The notes under the pieces are model-generated. The model did not search any database and was not told the DNA's origin. It saw only the letters and a program-made list of their open reading frames with translations. The translations under genes were made by a program, and so were the position numbers. From the NCBI RefSeq assembly GCF_009914755.1, contig NC_060932.1: a stretch of 64,000 bases of DNA; one strand, given 5' to 3'. Shown piece by piece: positions 1 to 13,240 of the stretch. Source of the DNA: the human T2T-CHM13v2.0 reference genome, Homo sapiens. The first letter of the stretch is position 1, and the number at the start of each line of letters is the position of its first letter.

Positions 1-2509
1 CACTCAAGGACAATGCAGTTCACTGACCACTCAGGTTCAAGGTTACCTACTCTTAGCCATCTCCCATAAAGACCACCTCATGAGATGAGAGTGCCTTCAT
101 TCCTAGGCTCGTAAAATGATTGTATTCTGCTAATATTGTTACTATGCTTATAATAGTTTGACCACTGGCACGACTTTGGTAAATAAACTTTCCTTTGGGT
201 AAAGTGTATAGGTTCAAGGTATTAATTCTCAGTTATATTTAAATATTTTGTGCGCTTATGATTTCCTTTTCTTAAAGACTCATTTGGTACAAATGATAAC
301 GTGTCTTCAATGTAGGTCCTCAAATCTAATTTTGCATTAATATCTGATAACATGGAGAATGATTGTGATATATGTCAAATATGCTGGCAATCTGTGTAAT
401 CAGGATTATCAATGAAATATTTAAACACCTCTGTACTTGATGTCTTACATAACAGGAAAAGATGCATGTAACTCAGTATTCTCTCTATCCTACAATGGTG
501 GTCAATACCTAGGGTATAAGAGTATAATAATCTATTCTGGGAGGAATTTGATAATTCTTTTCCTACTTTGGATCTATCAAAGTGTGCTGGTCCCAATCTC
601 TAAATTTACAACACCAGAACTCTAAGTATCACCTGTTCTTCCTCAGACCCTTCTGCTGAAGCTGCCTGGAATAGTCACATTGCCACAAACCACCTTCTAC
701 CATAACTGATATGATAGGTGGATCAGTGGAGCACCACCCACCACTGCTAACCTCCCAGTGGCCTACAAATTGTTTGGAATGTATGAAAAATGAAGGAGTG
801 AAGACAATTAAGACTCTTATCCTAGCATATTGTAATTAGGACACTAAGCTGCTGGACACTTAGATGTTGAAGAGGATCTGGTGGGACCAGGTGAAAGCTG
901 ACAGAACACAGAGGAAACCAGTTCCCAAAGAAAGAATCGAATATAAGCACACAGAGAGGTAGAGCAGATGAGGTCAGGAGAGGTGATCATGCAGGGAATC
1001 CAGCAGGATGGAAGAGGAATAGGTTTCTTGGTTTCAATAATAGAAGCTACTTCAATTTCCCAGTTGATGGAGCTGGTTTGGGTGGAGCCTGGCCTTGCTT
1101 TCTTTTCTCTCCTTGAATTACAAAAAAACTTTGTATTTGTGCAACACATTCTTCTTTTTAGGTGAGCTAAAAGTTACATAGCTTTCTGTTCCTAATAATC
1201 AAAACTCTTCATTAGGACATTCATTTTGGCAGAAATCGCTGAAAAAGAAGGTAATGGCCAAATATGTGATAAATTCCTTGTCCCGGGGACCCACACATTG
1301 AATTTGGTAGTATCAACAAAATGTGGAAACAGGTGGATAAGTAAGTGCAAATTTCAGAATTTCACAGCTAATTCTAGTCACTGTCCCTAAGAACCCATGT
1401 ACAATATCACTTCCTCCAGCAGTGGATCGGTTGGGCTCTATACCACTTTACCTAGCATGTACCTACTAAATATGTTTCAGTGGTAATATATAAGGAAAGG
1501 CAAGGAAGTGACTAGACTGTTTATTTTGTGAAAAAAATCACTGAAATGAATTTGGTGTTGAGCACTTTTCTGTATGCATTATATCACACTTGAAGATAAA
1601 TATACCCATTAAACAGAATAAAATCAGTTAACAGAGTCAAAGTCAAGGTCTCTCTGCTTTTATGGTAGCTATTTTATAGTAGGAAGAAAAGGAGCACACA
1701 TCAGCTTCAATTCTATCTGGTTGCTGGATCCTCCCCATAATCCATAGTTAGATGAAATTCAATTTTGTTGGTAACTAGTTGTAATCTAACTATAGGGTGG
1801 CTGTTCTTTCATTTCTGGCTTCTCTATGGCAAGTTACACAAAGCTTCAACTTGCTCATCATTTTCAGTTTCATTCAAGCTTAAATGTAATATGGAAACCT
1901 TCAAAAGTAAAAAGTCATGTTGCTACGGGACCAGAATCATCTCTAATAGATAGGTTGTAAGAATCGGTTACCATCTATAAGGCACATTTTGTTAAAAATG
2001 TTGCATCTTATTTGTAACCCCCAAATACATTAATCTGTAATCAAACTAGGAATGCAAACATGGGCTCCTCAAAACACTGAAAAAAAAAATCAGGATAATC
2101 TGATTCTCACTAAGTACTTTTCAATCTCACACTGCATTTACTCTTACTTTGAAAAAGTCATTTTTTTAAAACAGCTGAATTGATTTTTAAAAAATATTCC
2201 TTGTTTCTAACAGTTATCTGATGCTTTCATGCTCAATAATAATAAGAGAGGAGGGGGTAGAGGGAGGATAAGGAAGGAAGTAGCAGCAGCGGGAGGAGGA
2301 GAAGGGAAAGTTAATGGCTAACATGTTGGACTGCTTACTATATACCACGTATGCTTTTCACAGCTATTGATGTACTATTATTCCACTTTGCCCTCACACA
2401 ATCTTTTGATGTTGGTGATCACAGCAGCTATTGTTCAAAGTGCTGGACAGTGCCTAGAGGGGCACTGTCTTAAACCACCACTGCTCTGGGGAGGCCCAGG
2501 AGGACAGTG

Positions 2510-2690
2510 CAGGCTCCAGGACTAGGTGTGCTCGGTTCCAGTCCTGACCATCAGCCACTTATACCTGCTGTGCAACCTTGGGGAAGTCACTTAATCTCTC
2601 TATGGCTCAGTTTCCTCATCTGTAATATCAAAAACAATAGCATCTGCTTCTGAGGTACTATTGTCTCGCTGGGCTTATAAATGTTAATTA
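2510..2690 (+). mobile_element. MIR fragment
   Basis: MIR core: accttggggaagtcacttaatctctctatggctcagtttcctcatctgtaa. Confidence 0.75.
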
Positions 2691-2864
2691 TTATTATAAC
2701 ACATGCTTTAATTGAAACATGAATTAGCATCTACTGTATATTATACTTTCACATATGCATAGAAAATATGCAAACAGGAGGGGAAATATAAGCATATCAC
2801 GTTGAAGCTTTCAAATTTCACATTGAAGCTTTCAAATTTCAGCATTATTTTGGTTTTTAGCTCC

Positions 2865-2952
2865 ACCCCTATAGTCTACAGCAATGCCTGGCACATAGTT
2901 AGCACTCAATAAATACTTTTGAGTGAAAGAATGAATGAATAAATGAATAAAC
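2865..2952 (+). mobile_element. L2 3' end
   Basis: gcctggcacatagttagcactcaataaatac...gaatgaatgaat tail. Confidence 0.75.
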
Positions 2953-5783
2953 AATTTTGATAACTAAAATTGGGAATATGGGCATGAAACAGAGAAAAGT
3001 TCATTAAAGTGTTTCAAATTCTAATCAAAAGATATTCTTTTTCTGACACGAGGAAAGAGATCATTTCTTTTCCCATTAAGTGGTGGAAGTTTTCAGCAAA
3101 AGGGAATTGTCTAGCAGGACTTTAATGAGCCCAAACCAAATAAATATCTACAGGGGCACATGAAGAAACACACATTTAAAAAGGAGAAATTTTCTTTGGA
3201 AATAAAGGCAAAATTAATTAGCACTTCCTCTTAAATATACCAAAAATATGAGACAAATGTGTCTACTGAATATTATAGTATGCTTTTAATAACACTAAAA
3301 TTTTATGTTTAACCCTGGCACTGACTGCAATGAGAAGGTTCTTTTAAAGTTTCCCTCAAAATGCTAAAGGCATGAGTCAATACTTTCACATAGGCATAGA
3401 ACATATGCAAACAGAGGGGAAATATAAGCATATCACCTGAGGGAAAAGCAGGCTGCCCCAGAGGGCCTCCCAGGACAGCACTCATGACCACGTCCTCCTT
3501 GGCCTTGCTACCACCACACCTCATTCTCAGGACATCAAGAGCAGCTCTCTCTCTCTCTTCTCTATTTCCTTATACATCTCCCTCCCCTCAATCAAGGCAT
3601 AAGGCAAATATCTAAATCCCAAGTGCTGATTTATCAACTGACTATGTAAAATAAAAACTGTTGCTGAGTCTAACACATTCAGGTTGGCAAAACTGCTGCA
3701 TTTTCTCCTTCTATATCCATAATTACATTAAGGAGTAAAATCACCGGCATAAGTTTGCCAGGTAAAATGGACCTAGAACAAACAGTGAGTGGGATTAAGG
3801 ACTAACCACCTACTTCATAGCACTTAGCAAAAGGAGCCTACTGTATCCACCTCCATGGGAGAAAAGGACTTATTGCTGGAATTGTAACACTCAAATCTAC
3901 AGCCTAAGCTCCCTTTCCTTGGGTAGTTCTTGAGGGAACGTGGCCAATATTTGCCTCTGTGACTCACATAATCTAAAAGATGTAGGTTTTCTTTATATGT
4001 GTCAACACATTAAATCAGAACACAATCAGGACTTCTTGGCCTTGAAATTATTTTTTTAAATGCCTTTACCTAACCTGTGATTTGCAAGAATTACAAAGTT
4101 TAACTTTCAAAAGATAATCTCATTTCTTTCATTTCCAAATTTTAATCAAAAACCTTACTTTAACCCCTACATACTGATGGGCAATTAAATATTCATAAAA
4201 ACTTAATATTTATTAAAAACAAGACTGAAAATGGTACAGCATAATCTTAATTATATTTTTTAAACAAAATGGACAAAGTGACTGTGAAAGGAGCTAGAAA
4301 ACAGTTGCAAAACATAATTTGTTGCTGATGAATTAATAAGACAGCACACACTGAGCCATATCTAGGTATGGCTTTAAGGTATAGAAAGGTATTCTTTAAA
4401 GGTATAGAAAAGTCTAGTGATATGTACTGAAGAAACATCATCCTCAATAGCCCTTACTTTTATATCTTACACTGATGTTTGCATCACATCGAACATTTTA
4501 TAACCAGTACTGATAAGGCTCTTCCATTCTTAACTTATCCCAAGTCCCCACTCTTCCCCTACTCCACTCTAAGATTTTAAGCTTCATTCTAATAAAAGCC
4601 ATGCGTTCTTTATGGTTATGCCCATGGAACCTGTCCACAGTAGACACTCTAAATGTTAGCAGAATGGGTGATGTGACTGGCTCTGTATTCAGTTACTTAT
4701 AGCACTTTTTAACTGAATGCCAACGATACACAATCACCTATCATTGGTTACTTGATTTTTTAAGCATAATTTTAGCTTTAAATAGTTCAACATTTAGAGT
4801 TTATATATCCCTATAATTTACTCTGACTTCCAGGGGTAAGTGTCACCAAGATAGGAGCTTTAAGTACCTGTTTGCTTACTTAAAAAGGCAAGCAGCTAGA
4901 CTACCATGAGTGATTGCTTAAGAAAATAATCTGCATCCATAGGAACAGAGATGAAGACTACTATATCATCCTTCCTGCTTATACTCTAAAGACTTTCCTC
5001 CACCTTAGTTTCCTCCAACAACTAATCAGATAATCAAAGAGTCTGCCTGGGAAAGAGAAAGGTTTCCTCAACATCACAAAGTCTCTTTCTATAAGGCATG
5101 GTTTGAGCTAACATCTTTTTAATGTGCTTTTTTTAGCTTAATATTCTTTTCCCTTTTTCAAACCATGAAGTTGCCTTGTGTACATAAAGAATATAACAAG
5201 TGTAAAGAAAGAATAAAATCATAAAAACTATAAGCTAGTAAAACAAGTATTAAAAAGTGCAGAGTAGTGGCAGATTTTACCTTATGTATATTTTACCACA
5301 ACAACAAAAAAAAAGGTAGAGTAACCAATAGAAGATGGAAGACTAACATCAGGAGGCAGTACATATGCAGTCTGTTACAATTGTGTAATGAAACCCAGGT
5401 GAAGAATTCCAACATCCTTACAAAAGTACCAAAGAAACAAAAGCATCAAAACAAACAAAGTCAGACATTAAAAGGGAGGAATTTTGCATGCCATGGTAAA
5501 GCTGCTTCTTTTTACCAAAGAAAAAAGTAAAAAAGAAATGTCAAAATCATTTCCATATCCCTTGAACCACAGTGTCAAATACTTCTTTTAATTTATCAAC
5601 TACCCATGGTATACAAGAAACCCTCCCTTGAAATTAGGAATGCACTAGAGAAAAAGATACTCTAAACGCAAGAAAATTATGTACTGGACAAACACGATCA
5701 TCCAACGTAGCATGGTAATCTAATCTCAGCACACTTTTCTTATACAACTGCTGGACTGCAGTGATGGTTCAAACTCTCCTTAC

Positions 5784-5810
5784 CTAAAGGAATGTGAAAA
5801 GGCTTGCAAT
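5784..5810 (-). CDS. TPD52: TPD52 27-nt alternative microexon ((K)LQAFSHSF(S))
   Basis: cttcttacag|A TTG CAA GCC TTT TCA CAT TCC TTT AG|gtaagg. Frame-preserving and matches the known D52 insert LQAFSHSFS. Confidence 0.9.
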   Translation of the reverse strand: MASLFTFL

Positions 5811-6865
5811 CTGTAAGAAGCCAGAGTAAGCATTAAAAAAGAAAGAAGTTCTGATAAATCTAAAACAATTAAATAACCTAAGTTTTAAACATATAATGTT
5901 TTCCCTGGGCTCTAAACTGCTACACAATTCAGTCAGCATAGAGAAAATGAACACCTAATAGATACATACATAATTGTCAAAAGAGTTCAAGAAAGCTATA
6001 TTTATTACATTATGCTTAGACAATGACAGTCTAAATATAATGAGCGAGGAATTTGTTCTTTTGGTGTAAAGTATAACACATAAATTGACCAAATCTATTC
6101 AACCAAGAAATTCTGGTTGTAAGATATACACTTTCCCCACAAATGCAAAACACGAAGCCATGCAATCTGAGCATTTTTTTTTAAACACAAATCTTGCATG
6201 CCAACAGAAGCACAGCTGACTTAAACCACATTTGTCATTTTCATCACTATCCTAATCCACATGAGTGAAGGGGGGGCACAAAAGCACTGTGAAGTGGTTT
6301 TATAAAAATGGCAAGGAAAACTCTGCAGACTAATCTAAATGAAAAAAAAAAAAAGCAACAACTCAAAATCAAGATTTTGGCCTAAGCATGAACATAGTTA
6401 CAGCTTACCAGTTAGAATAAAACAGTGCACAAATGAGCATGTTGTAATCACACCATGATATAAAATGTCACATATAGAACGTGAAGCCAAATCTGAATCG
6501 AAGCGTGCACTTCAGTGCTCCTGTAGTCATCCTTAGTAACACACCAGGCTCTGCCCACAATCACAAATTTGCAACCAAAGACATACTTACCCTGCATGAT
6601 CATGAAGAACTAAAAAGACAAAGAAGTTCACAACCAGAATTTTTCAACAACCTTAAATGATCATCAGATGATCATTTGATGTTAGAATGCTAGGCCTAGA
6701 AGACCTTAGATGAGCCTTCCAGGTACTGGTTTGAAGGAGTGCCCTCCCTCACTCTAACAGGAGTAGCTAGCATCAACTAGAGCCAAGGTCAGGAAACAGA
6801 TGCAACAACAATAACATTTTAATTTGCGTCAGCTACTTAATGAGCAAGGAAAAATGAGGACATAC

Positions 6866-6967
6866 TTTACATCTTCCAGCTTTTTGGTGATGACTGAGCC
6901 AACAGACGAAAAAGCAGCTGAGGCCTTCTGTCCAGCCTGGGATAAGGTTTCAGATGTCTTCTTGTAA
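6866..6967 (-). CDS. TPD52: TPD52 coding exon, 102 nt (YKKTSETLSQAGQKASAAFSSVGSVITKKLEDVK)
   Basis: Acceptor atatag|T TAC AAG AAG and donor GTA AA|gtatg. Phases are consistent with the flanking exons. Confidence 0.97.
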
Positions 6968-8189
6968 CTATATTAAATTATAAACACACAGAGCAAAAGA
7001 AGGGTCAGCTCATCTTTTCTAATATCAATTGTTTCAAGTGCAGTGGTCACCACCTGCTGGAGAACTCTCAAAAAGAGAAAACATTTTTCAGAACTTCTAA
7101 AATCCTTCATAACCAGCAGAGCGGCATCACCACATCTTCGTATGCTCAACCCTAAGCTCAGGCACAATCTTCTGCAGTGCCCTAGTCCAGCCAGAAAGAC
7201 AGAGTCCTATAAAGGCAGGGCCAAAGAAGTCAAGGTAAGGGCTAAAAATAATCATCAAACCAAGATGAAAATAAGCAAAGGCCTGAAAGAACTCATACCT
7301 ATTGTTCTTTTCTCACATAATCCAAACAAAACAAAAATGAAATCAAATTCCTCAGATGCCTTTGTCAACTTGATTTCCTAAAAAAGGGCCAGAAGCAATT
7401 AGTAGCTGGCGTAAGTAGGACCCATTTGTATTTTATTATCCAAATACATTTTATGGGCATACTTTCTAAAAATTTTTGCATGTCTTTAGAGAGCTACCAA
7501 ATACGGACATGATGGACTTTCAACAAAGTATGTAAAATATGCAATGCTTAAAATTATTCTAGTGTGGTATCTGCTATCACGCAAAGCTATAATTTACCAC
7601 CTCCTTCCCAGCTACCTGGAGATTAGAGAAGAGAAAAGCAAAAACAAAAAAATGATGACAACAACAACAACAAAAAACAAAATAATATCGTACCTACCAA
7701 AACAATTCCCACATTATGGGAAAGAATGCTCAGGCATTTTTACTTACCCTGTCAAGATCAAATACCAATAAAAAAACATGGTTCATGGTAATACTGTTGA
7801 AAAAATAGTTTCCTGTATGTTTTCCCACTGCCAACTTAGATGGGTAGAAAATGGACCAAAAGACTGGGGACTCAAGTACTGTCATGTTAAATGCAGTTGG
7901 CCTCACTTCTGATAGTTAAATTGTAAAACAACTTCTGTGCTCACCAGCTCTGCAGATGGCTCTCAATACAGAAGACAGAGCAGTTCGGTTTCTGCTGCTA
8001 GAAGCTTGCTCCTCCTTGTGCCGGGAAACAAAACTGCATTATGATAATGCTATATCATAGCATGTGTGGTCAAAAAGACAAAAAGCCTAAGGGATTGACC
8101 TCTGCCAAGAGCATATATCTGAGACTACGACCTGAGAATCTTATGATACCTACACAACAAGGTTAAAAAAATAAATTAATAATAATAAT

Positions 8190-8350
8190 AAAGACTGGCT
8201 CCAGACCTGAGTTTGAATTCCCACTCCACATTTTGAGAGGTTTGTGACATGAAAACTTAATTTGTCTGAGCCTGTTTCCTTATCCAGGGTTATCTTGCCA
8301 CCCATTCTTACTGGGTTATTCTGAGTACTAAAGGACAAAATGTACATATT
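8190..8350 (+). mobile_element. MIR fragment
   Basis: gagtttgaattcccactccac...tctgagcctgtttccttatc. Confidence 0.6.
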
Positions 8351-8620
8351 TGTGGCAAGTCAATACATAACACTTGTGGGATTTGAATTTTATTTCTCCA
8401 ACTGGCTAGCTTTCTTTCTATTCCTTAGAATAAGTGGTCTGGAAAAATTGAAGTTACAAAAAAAGGCAGGCACACTTGAAAATCAGAAAAAAAGGGTGCC
8501 GTGTCGTCCAAAGAAAAGCTGCTGAAGCATCCTTATCCTCTTTTTCTTCCCCTCTCCAGACAAAAGGCACAACAGTGTCCTTTACACTCCCAAGGAAAGT
8601 GTATGATCAAGGAAACATAC

Positions 8621-8769
8621 GCAGATGTTGCTGTCACGTCTTGCCACCCTTTGGCAATGTTCTGTTTTAGTTCCTGTAGAGAATTGATTCCAAGTTTCCG
8701 CTTGATCTCTGCTAGATGCTTCTCTTTTGCTGCTAACACTTGAGACAGAGTCTGGATTTCTTCTTCTAC
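8621..8769 (-). CDS. TPD52: TPD52 coding exon, 149 nt (VEEEIQTLSQVLAAKEKHLAEIKRKLGINSLQELKQNIAKGWQDVTATSA)
   Basis: Acceptor catag|GTA GAA GAA and donor TCT GC|gtatgt. Overlaps ORF 8533..8739. D52 coiled-coil region. Confidence 0.97.
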
Positions 8770-10739
8770 CTATGAGGAAGGGGTTTGGGGTAAGAATATA
8801 GCAAAAGTCATTCAGTAAGTTAAGATTATTACCACAGAACTATATCCAAAATTCCAGTCATTAAACATTTTTTTGAATCATTTATCTTTCTCTCTAAAAA
8901 CAATGTATAATGTTGTTGAGTAAACTGGTTACTCGCTGATCTCTCCTGTAGAGTTCTCTTTCCTCCTCCATGGGAGCTCTTTATAATCCCATCTTAAGCT
9001 GTTTTTGGCCTTCTCCTCTCTCCCTATACTTCCTTACTCAGCTATCTCATGTAGGTTTAGGACTCAAATTTCTACACAGATAATACTTAATAAAGCACTC
9101 TAACATCCACTCTCCCGACCTGTGGGTCTGCCTTCCCAGCCTAGACATTTCTATCTGAATGCCTACAAAACTTGTATTTGTATACTAAATCAAAATAATC
9201 TCCATCCCCTACCAAAACACACACAACCAAGCCAAACCCAAATCCAATCTCCTTGCATATTTGATATGAGTATATATACTGGATACATATACTCAGTCCC
9301 TGTGTCTGGCAAAGTCATGGCCATAATAAATCAAACCGCCTCCTCAGGAGATCCCTGCTCTCAAGGGTTTCATGTGAACCCCTTGATGCTGACTGCCCAG
9401 ACTTGACTAGGTGGTTAGAGGTGGGCCCTGACCCATGGACAGCCACCCATCAAGAGCCAGTGGATGAGCCCAGTGTGAAAAGAGGTGCTCAACTATTCAT
9501 CTCTCTCACTCAGGAATCTAGTTTGAGAAGTGAGATGACATTGCGAGTAGAAGCTGAAAAAACTTGAAGAAGCCTTGAGGTATAGGTAGGCTACAGTGAG
9601 ATTATGAGAGGTATGGAAAGCTTAAATATGCTTGAGGAATCTAAAACTGTAAGCAGAAGCTATGAAGAAAAGGAAAAAATGGACAGAGTAGAACAAAAGG
9701 CTAATCCAGGAAAACAGGGAAAATGGTAGACTCTCTATTTCAGAAACAGGGAAAAGGGTGGACTGCCTATTTCAGAGAGAAATAGACACCATGTGGAAGA
9801 GACTTTAGGTCCCAGGAAATTGAAAATCTAGGTCCCTAAAGTATATCCATTAACATTCAAGACCCTCAGAGAAATGCATCTCCTGGCTTGTTGCAAAGCC
9901 ATATTTTCAGCCCCGACCTGCACGGTATTTCTATGATTTCAAAGACAACATGCCCTTTAAAAATAACATGGAGTATTGCTCAGTCAAATGTTTTCACAGA
10001 TGTTTAAGTCTTTAGAGAACACAAAACAAAGAAAATTAGTGCAACGGAGAAAAGGATAAATCAAATGTGATGCAGCTGCCAAGAAAAAAAAAAAAGAAGA
10101 AAAAGAACCTACAACACCACTCTCAGATAAGATTAACTGGAACAGAGGTCCCTCAGAACAAATAAATAATCCCCTGTGCTTGTCAGAGTCACAAGTACTG
10201 GACCCAGTTTTGTAAGTCACATTTTAAGATGTACATTGACGAAGTGGAATACGAGAAGAAAAGGACAAAAAAAGAGGAAAGAATAAGGTTCAAAATTAAG
10301 TAAATTAAATGATTTGCCCAAAGTCATCAAACAAATAATGTAGGAACCAGAATTCCTATCTAGGTTTTCTGAATGCACGTCTCAGTTTACTGGCTGAATT
10401 CTCATGTACACTCCCTTAAGCTTCCCACTTCCTCTGTCTCTACTTCAAGCTCCAAAGCTTCAGACACTTCTAAGAATAGACTTAAATGGTAAGTTTCCCA
10501 CCCCTTAGCACTTCTCTGAGGTACTCACTTCCTCTAATGAAAGCTGCAAAGACAAACCACTCTAAATCTTTCTGAACAATGCACAACACAGTATATTCCC
10601 CACCTTTGTTGGTTAGCTTGTGCTGCTAACACACCTAGCCCAGCACATCATGGCTGCGATTCCTTAATTCAATATATACATGTAAAACAGAGTGACTTTA
10701 AAAGCATAAAGAGCATGATTAAGAATCTCTGATGTGTCT

Positions 10740-13240
10740 ATCACTATATACAAAGATCAACTCAAAATGGACTAAGGACCCAAAACCATAAAACTACTAG
10801 AAGAAAACATAGGAGAAACACTTCAGGGCATTGGTCTAGACAAAGATTTTATGGCTAAGACCTCAGAAACACAGGCAACAAAAACAAAAATAGACAAATG
10901 GGACTAAATTCAAGGAAATCATCAACAGAGTGAAGAGATAACCTGTAGAATGGGAGAGAACATTTGCAAACTATTCATCTGACAAGGGACTAATATCCAA
11001 AATATACAAGGAACTCAATTCAACAACAAAACAAACAAGCAATCCCATTTAAAAAGTGGGCAAAGGATCTAAATAGACATTTCTCAGAAGAGACATATAA
11101 ATGGCCAACAAATATATTAAAAATGCTCAACATCACTAATCATCAGGGAAATGCAAATCAAAATCAAAATGAGGTATCACCTCACACCTGTTATTATGCC
11201 TGTTATCAAAAAACCAAAAAATAACAGATGCTGGCAAGGATCCAGAGAAGATGAAACTCTTATACACTGTTGCTGGGAATATAAATTAGTACAGCCACTA
11301 TGAAAAACAGTATGGAGGTTTCTCAGAAAAACTTAAAATAGAAATACCACATAATACAGCAATCCCACTACTGGGTTACTTATCCAAAGGAAAGGAAATC
11401 AGTGTATCAAAGGGTACCTACACCCCCACGTTTATTGCAGCACTATTTACAATACCCAAGTGTCCATCAACAGGTGAATGGATAAAGAAAATGTGGTATA
11501 CACAATGGAATACAATTCTGCCATAAAAAAGAATGAAATCCTGTAATTTGCAGCAACATGGATGAGCCTAGAGAACAATACGTTAAGCAGAATAAATCAG
11601 GCACAGAAAGATAAATACTGCATGTTCTTACTCACATGTGGACGCCAAGAAAAAACTCTGAACCCATCTAAGTAGAGAGTAAAATTGTGGGTGTTAGAGG
11701 TTGGGAAAGGGAGGATGCCTACAGGTTGTGCTTCAAACGACACTGTCATGAAAGTAAAAGACAACCAACAGAATGGGGAAAATATTGGCAAATTACATAC
11801 CTAATAAGAGTCTAGTATCTAGAACATATAAAGAAACTTACAACTCAATAAAAAGACAATCCAATTAGAAAATGGGCAAAGGACTTAAATAGACATTTCT
11901 CCCAAGATATACAAATGACCAATAAGCACATGAAAAGATGCTTAACACCATTCATTAGTAATTTGAGAAAAGCAAATCAAAACCACAAGGAGATACCACT
12001 TCATACCCATTAGGATGGTTACAATTAAAAAAAACAGAGATTAATAAGTGTTGGCAAGGATGTGGAGAAATTGGAACCCTCAGACACAGCTGGTGAGAAT
12101 GTAAAATGAAGTTGGGCAGCAAAGCAGTTTGACAGCTCCTCAAAAAGTTAAACATAGAGCTACCATATGACCCAGCAACTCCACTCCTAGGTATATATAA
12201 CAAAGAGAATTGAAAACACATCCAGGCTGGGTGCAATGGCTCACGGCTGTAATCCCAGCACTTTGGGAGGCCAAGGTGGACAGATCACTTGAGGTCAGGG
12301 GTTTGAGACCAGCCTGGCTAACATGGTGAAACCCCATACTACTAAAACACAAAAATTAGCCAGGCATGGTGGTGGTGTGCCTATAATCCCAGCTACTCAG
12401 GAGGCTGAGGCAGGAGAATCACTTCAACCTAGGAGGCAGAGGTTGCAGTGAGCTGAGATCATGCTACTACACTCCAGCCTGGGCAACAGAGCAAGACTCT
12501 TCTCAAAAAACAAACAAGCAACAATAAAAAGAAAACACACATCCATACAAAAAGCTGTACACAATTGCTTACAGCGGCATTATTCATAACAGTCCTAAAG
12601 TTCAGCCACTGTGGAACACAATTTGGATACTTCTCAAAGAACTTAATACAGAGCTACCATTCAATGGCAGCAATCCCATTACTGGGTATAGAAATTGTTC
12701 TACCAAAAAAACACCTGCACTCATATGTTTATTGCATCACTATTCACAATAGCAAAGACATGAAACCAACCCCGGTGCCCACTGTCCAATGTGGTACATA
12801 TACATCATGGAATACTATGCAGCCCCTAAAAAGTACAAAATCATGTCCTTTGCTGCAACATGGATACAGCTGGAGGCCATCTTCCTAATCAAATTAACAC
12901 AAAAATGGAAAACCAAATACCACATGTTCTGACTTATAAGTGGGAGCTAAACATTGGGTATACACAGACACAAAGATGGGAACACTAAACACTGGGGATT
13001 CCAGAAGTGGAGAGGGAGAGTTGGGGGAAAGAGCTGAAAAACCATGTTCACTACTTGGGCAACAGGATCATTAGAAGCCCAAACCTCAACATCATGAGGC
13101 ATTACCATGTAACAAACCCGCACATGTACCCCCTGAATCTAAAATTTTTTAAATAAAAAATTTAAGTTTAAAAATGTTTTAAAAGGGACTATAAAGAAAA
13201 TGAAAAGGAAAATCCACAGAATGGGAGAAAATATTTACAA
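10740..13240 (+). mobile_element. Cluster of old L1 (L1M/L1PB-type) ORF2-end and 3' UTR fragments
   Basis: Typical L1 motifs (gacaaatgggact, aaatgcaaatcaaa, cagcaatcccactactggg, ggaatactatgcagcc). Several nested pieces, antisense to TPD52. Confidence 0.85.
12225..12535 (+). mobile_element. AluS
   Basis: Full dimer with A tail and a TSD-like gaaaacac..atcca. Confidence 0.95.

Noticed and set aside
1-5783. Downstream TPD52 exons (SIRSIQHSISMPAMR, NSPTFKSF...)
   Set aside because: Not found on the minus strand here; they presumably lie beyond the left edge of the window.
7748-7793. Possible 46-nt cryptic exon (caacag ... CAGG|gtaagt) on the minus strand
   Set aside because: The donor is strong, but the acceptor is ambiguous and the body is U-rich and intron-like. 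Support is insufficient.
8533-8739. 68-aa ORF as a standalone gene
   Set aside because: It is part of a TPD52 internal exon read through into the intron. The true bounds are 8621-8769.
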